Origin: a virus
Lineage: Duplodnaviria; Caudoviricetes
IMG/VR virus record: IMGVR_UViG_3300042451_000960
Length of the DNA stretch: 64,000 bases
Direction: 5' to 3' (one strand)
The notes beneath the pieces were generated by a model, which was not told the DNA's origin, searched no databases, and worked only from the letters and a program-made list of their open reading frames with translations. This document shows positions 62,577 through 64,000 of this stretch, in pieces. Positions within the stretch are counted from its first letter, which is position 1, and every line of letters begins with the position of its first letter. The position numbers and the translations under genes were made by a program.

Positions 62577-63320
62577 TTAAAATCCTAATTTATTTTTTGC
62601 CTCATCCATATGCCCGTTCATATAGTGTTGAATTGCTAAATATGAATTTGGTATTGATATATCGGGTACTTCGTTGTTAGGGTATTGAAATCCCATATAA
62701 TATTTTGAGTGTAGTAAAATTCTACCATCATGCAAAAGTGGTATATTGTTTTCCCACATAGCTCTCCCCAAAACCAAATCATCCCATTGTAATTCCTTAT
62801 CATCATCTATTCTCATATCCCTATCTGCCAATATCATAGCTTTTTTAGAAAGAAAATATGCAGCTCCACTTGCATAAATTCCTTTTTTCATTATATGGAA
62901 TCTCATAGGTGGTTTATCCCACCACATATCTACCGGAATAGAACATCCCATATAATCAACATCACCATATTTGATAAAATTTTCATTTAACATTTTTTCA
63001 AATCTTAATGGGGCTACAAAAGAATCTGAATCAATTCTCATATAGTATTGATATTTTGTTTCTGCAAGTATCCATTTTATTGGCAGCTTAATACTTTTAT
63101 CAACCAAACCATCCTTAGTATCATATGTTTTAAAATAAATTTTATCGTTATCTAAAAGATAATAATTTGATAAACTAGGGACACCAATCGAAATCTTTAT
63201 GTTATATCCTAATTTTCTTAATTCGGGTATCCAAGTTCTTTCAGATTCCTTCCAATTTTTATCGTAAGGTTCTATATTTGTACCAGTAACCAATATTATT
63301 AGTTTTGATTTATCAAACAT
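62577..63320 (-). CDS. GT31/fringe-like glycosyltransferase (paralog of 60939-61697)
   Basis: YYMRIDSDSFV, YASGAAYFLS, DDLVLG. Confidence 0.7.
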   Translation of the reverse strand: MFDKSKLIILVTGTNIEPYDKNWKESERTWIPELRKLGYNIKISIGVPSLSNYYLLDNDKIYFKTYDTKDGLVDKSIKLPIKWILAETKYQYYMRIDSDSFVAPLRFEKMLNENFIKYGDVDYMGCSIPVDMWWDKPPMRFHIMKKGIYASGAAYFLSKKAMILADRDMRIDDDKELQWDDLVLGRAMWENNIPLLHDGRILLHSKYYMGFQYPNNEVPDISIPNSYLAIQHYMNGHMDEAKNKLGF

Positions 63321-63529
63321 TAAAAATATATTTTACGAATTGTGAAAAAATCTTTATAATCATTCTTATACACACTACCACCTACCAAATAGAATTCCGC
63401 ATCAGATAGTGTTGAAAATTTTCTTACATTATTTACGTCTTTGTAGGTATCGGTATCTTCCATCCAAGTACCACCTTGAGAAAGCCATTGGTTTGAACGA
63501 TGATTATATATAGCGTAATAACCTTTCAT
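63320..63529 (-). CDS. Hypothetical protein
   Basis: ORF track. Confidence 0.5.
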   Translation of the reverse strand: MKGYYAIYNHRSNQWLSQGGTWMEDTDTYKDVNNVRKFSTLSDAEFYLVGGSVYKNDYKDFFTIRKIYF

Positions 63530-63530
63530 A

Positions 63531-64000
63531 TTAATATCTATTATTGAATCCGATTGGTGAATACTTATCTTCTGATTTGTATTCTTCCTCTCCTATGTTA
63601 TATATTTCAGTTAGTGTCATTGGTTTGGTTGTCACATAATCTTTACCTAAGTGTTTCAATAGATTGTTAGCATCATCAATAGGTAATGCATCGAACTTAT
63701 GTTCTGCAATCAATCTACCTTTACGAAGTAATGCCGAATCAATCTTAGCTTTATCCATATTGAATGTTGCAACAATCTGAATCTTTAGAATATCACTTAG
63801 GATACCATCGGTAATATTAAGGATATTAGATACCCCATTTGCCCCACCATTGTTTCTATCCGTAATTACTCTCTCCGCATCTTCAATGAATAGGATTGAA
63901 TTACTATTCTGAATTAGGAATGGTGTCATCTCAGGTGATGTAATGAAGTCTGCTAAATAAGGTGGGATGAATAAAACTCTCTTATCCTTAATCTTACTTG
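63531..64000 (-). CDS. AAA+ ATPase, C-terminal part (truncated by window)
   Basis: Frame open to window end; Walker B ILFIEDAE, LLN.TDG, ID.ALLR.GRL. Confidence 0.8.
   Translation of the reverse strand, partial: SKIKDKRVLFIPPYLADFITSPEMTPFLIQNSNSILFIEDAERVITDRNNGGANGVSNILNITDGILSDILKIQIVATFNMDKAKIDSALLRKGRLIAEHKFDALPIDDANNLLKHLGKDYVTTKPMTLTEIYNIGEEEYKSEDKYSPIGFNNRY

Overview
AT-rich 64-kb segment that reads as the accessory, host-takeover and tRNA region of a large (jumbo-type) lytic phage of a Bacteroidota host. The host inference rests on more than 20 TTTG-N19-21-TAnnTTT(G/A) promoters and A-rich leaders with no Shine-Dalgarno sequence. No virion structural, terminase or integrase genes are present, so the phage call is inferred from gene content and organisation. 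Genes are on + from 1-3644 (TonB-dependent receptor fragment, CpcT-like lyase) and on - thereafter. Main contents: IHF-box-linked strong promoter modules driving strings of small genes; a dif-like XerCD site pair; an expanded 'MLTIEN' paralog family; auxiliary genes (PduO-type adenosyltransferase, cyclophilin, GroES, DNA ligase, SET domain, CMP-nonulosonate synthetase-like fusion plus GT29-like transferase, heme oxygenase plus bilin reductase, SAM decarboxylase, TerC); and a 7.4-kb tRNA array with 26 near-canonical tRNAs covering all 20 amino acids. The strongest novelty candidate is the RNA system inside this array. It comprises a 50-codon leader ORF whose 3' end can pair with the downstream terminator (a translation-coupled attenuator gating 24 near-canonical tRNAs), rrn-type boxA elements, a 147-nt tRNA-like RNA with a GUC anticodon and giant variable arm, a ~0.9-kb GOLLD-like ncRNA ending in a tRNA minihelix, and several unannotated structured spacer RNAs. 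All family assignments are by eye from motifs; no database searches were run.
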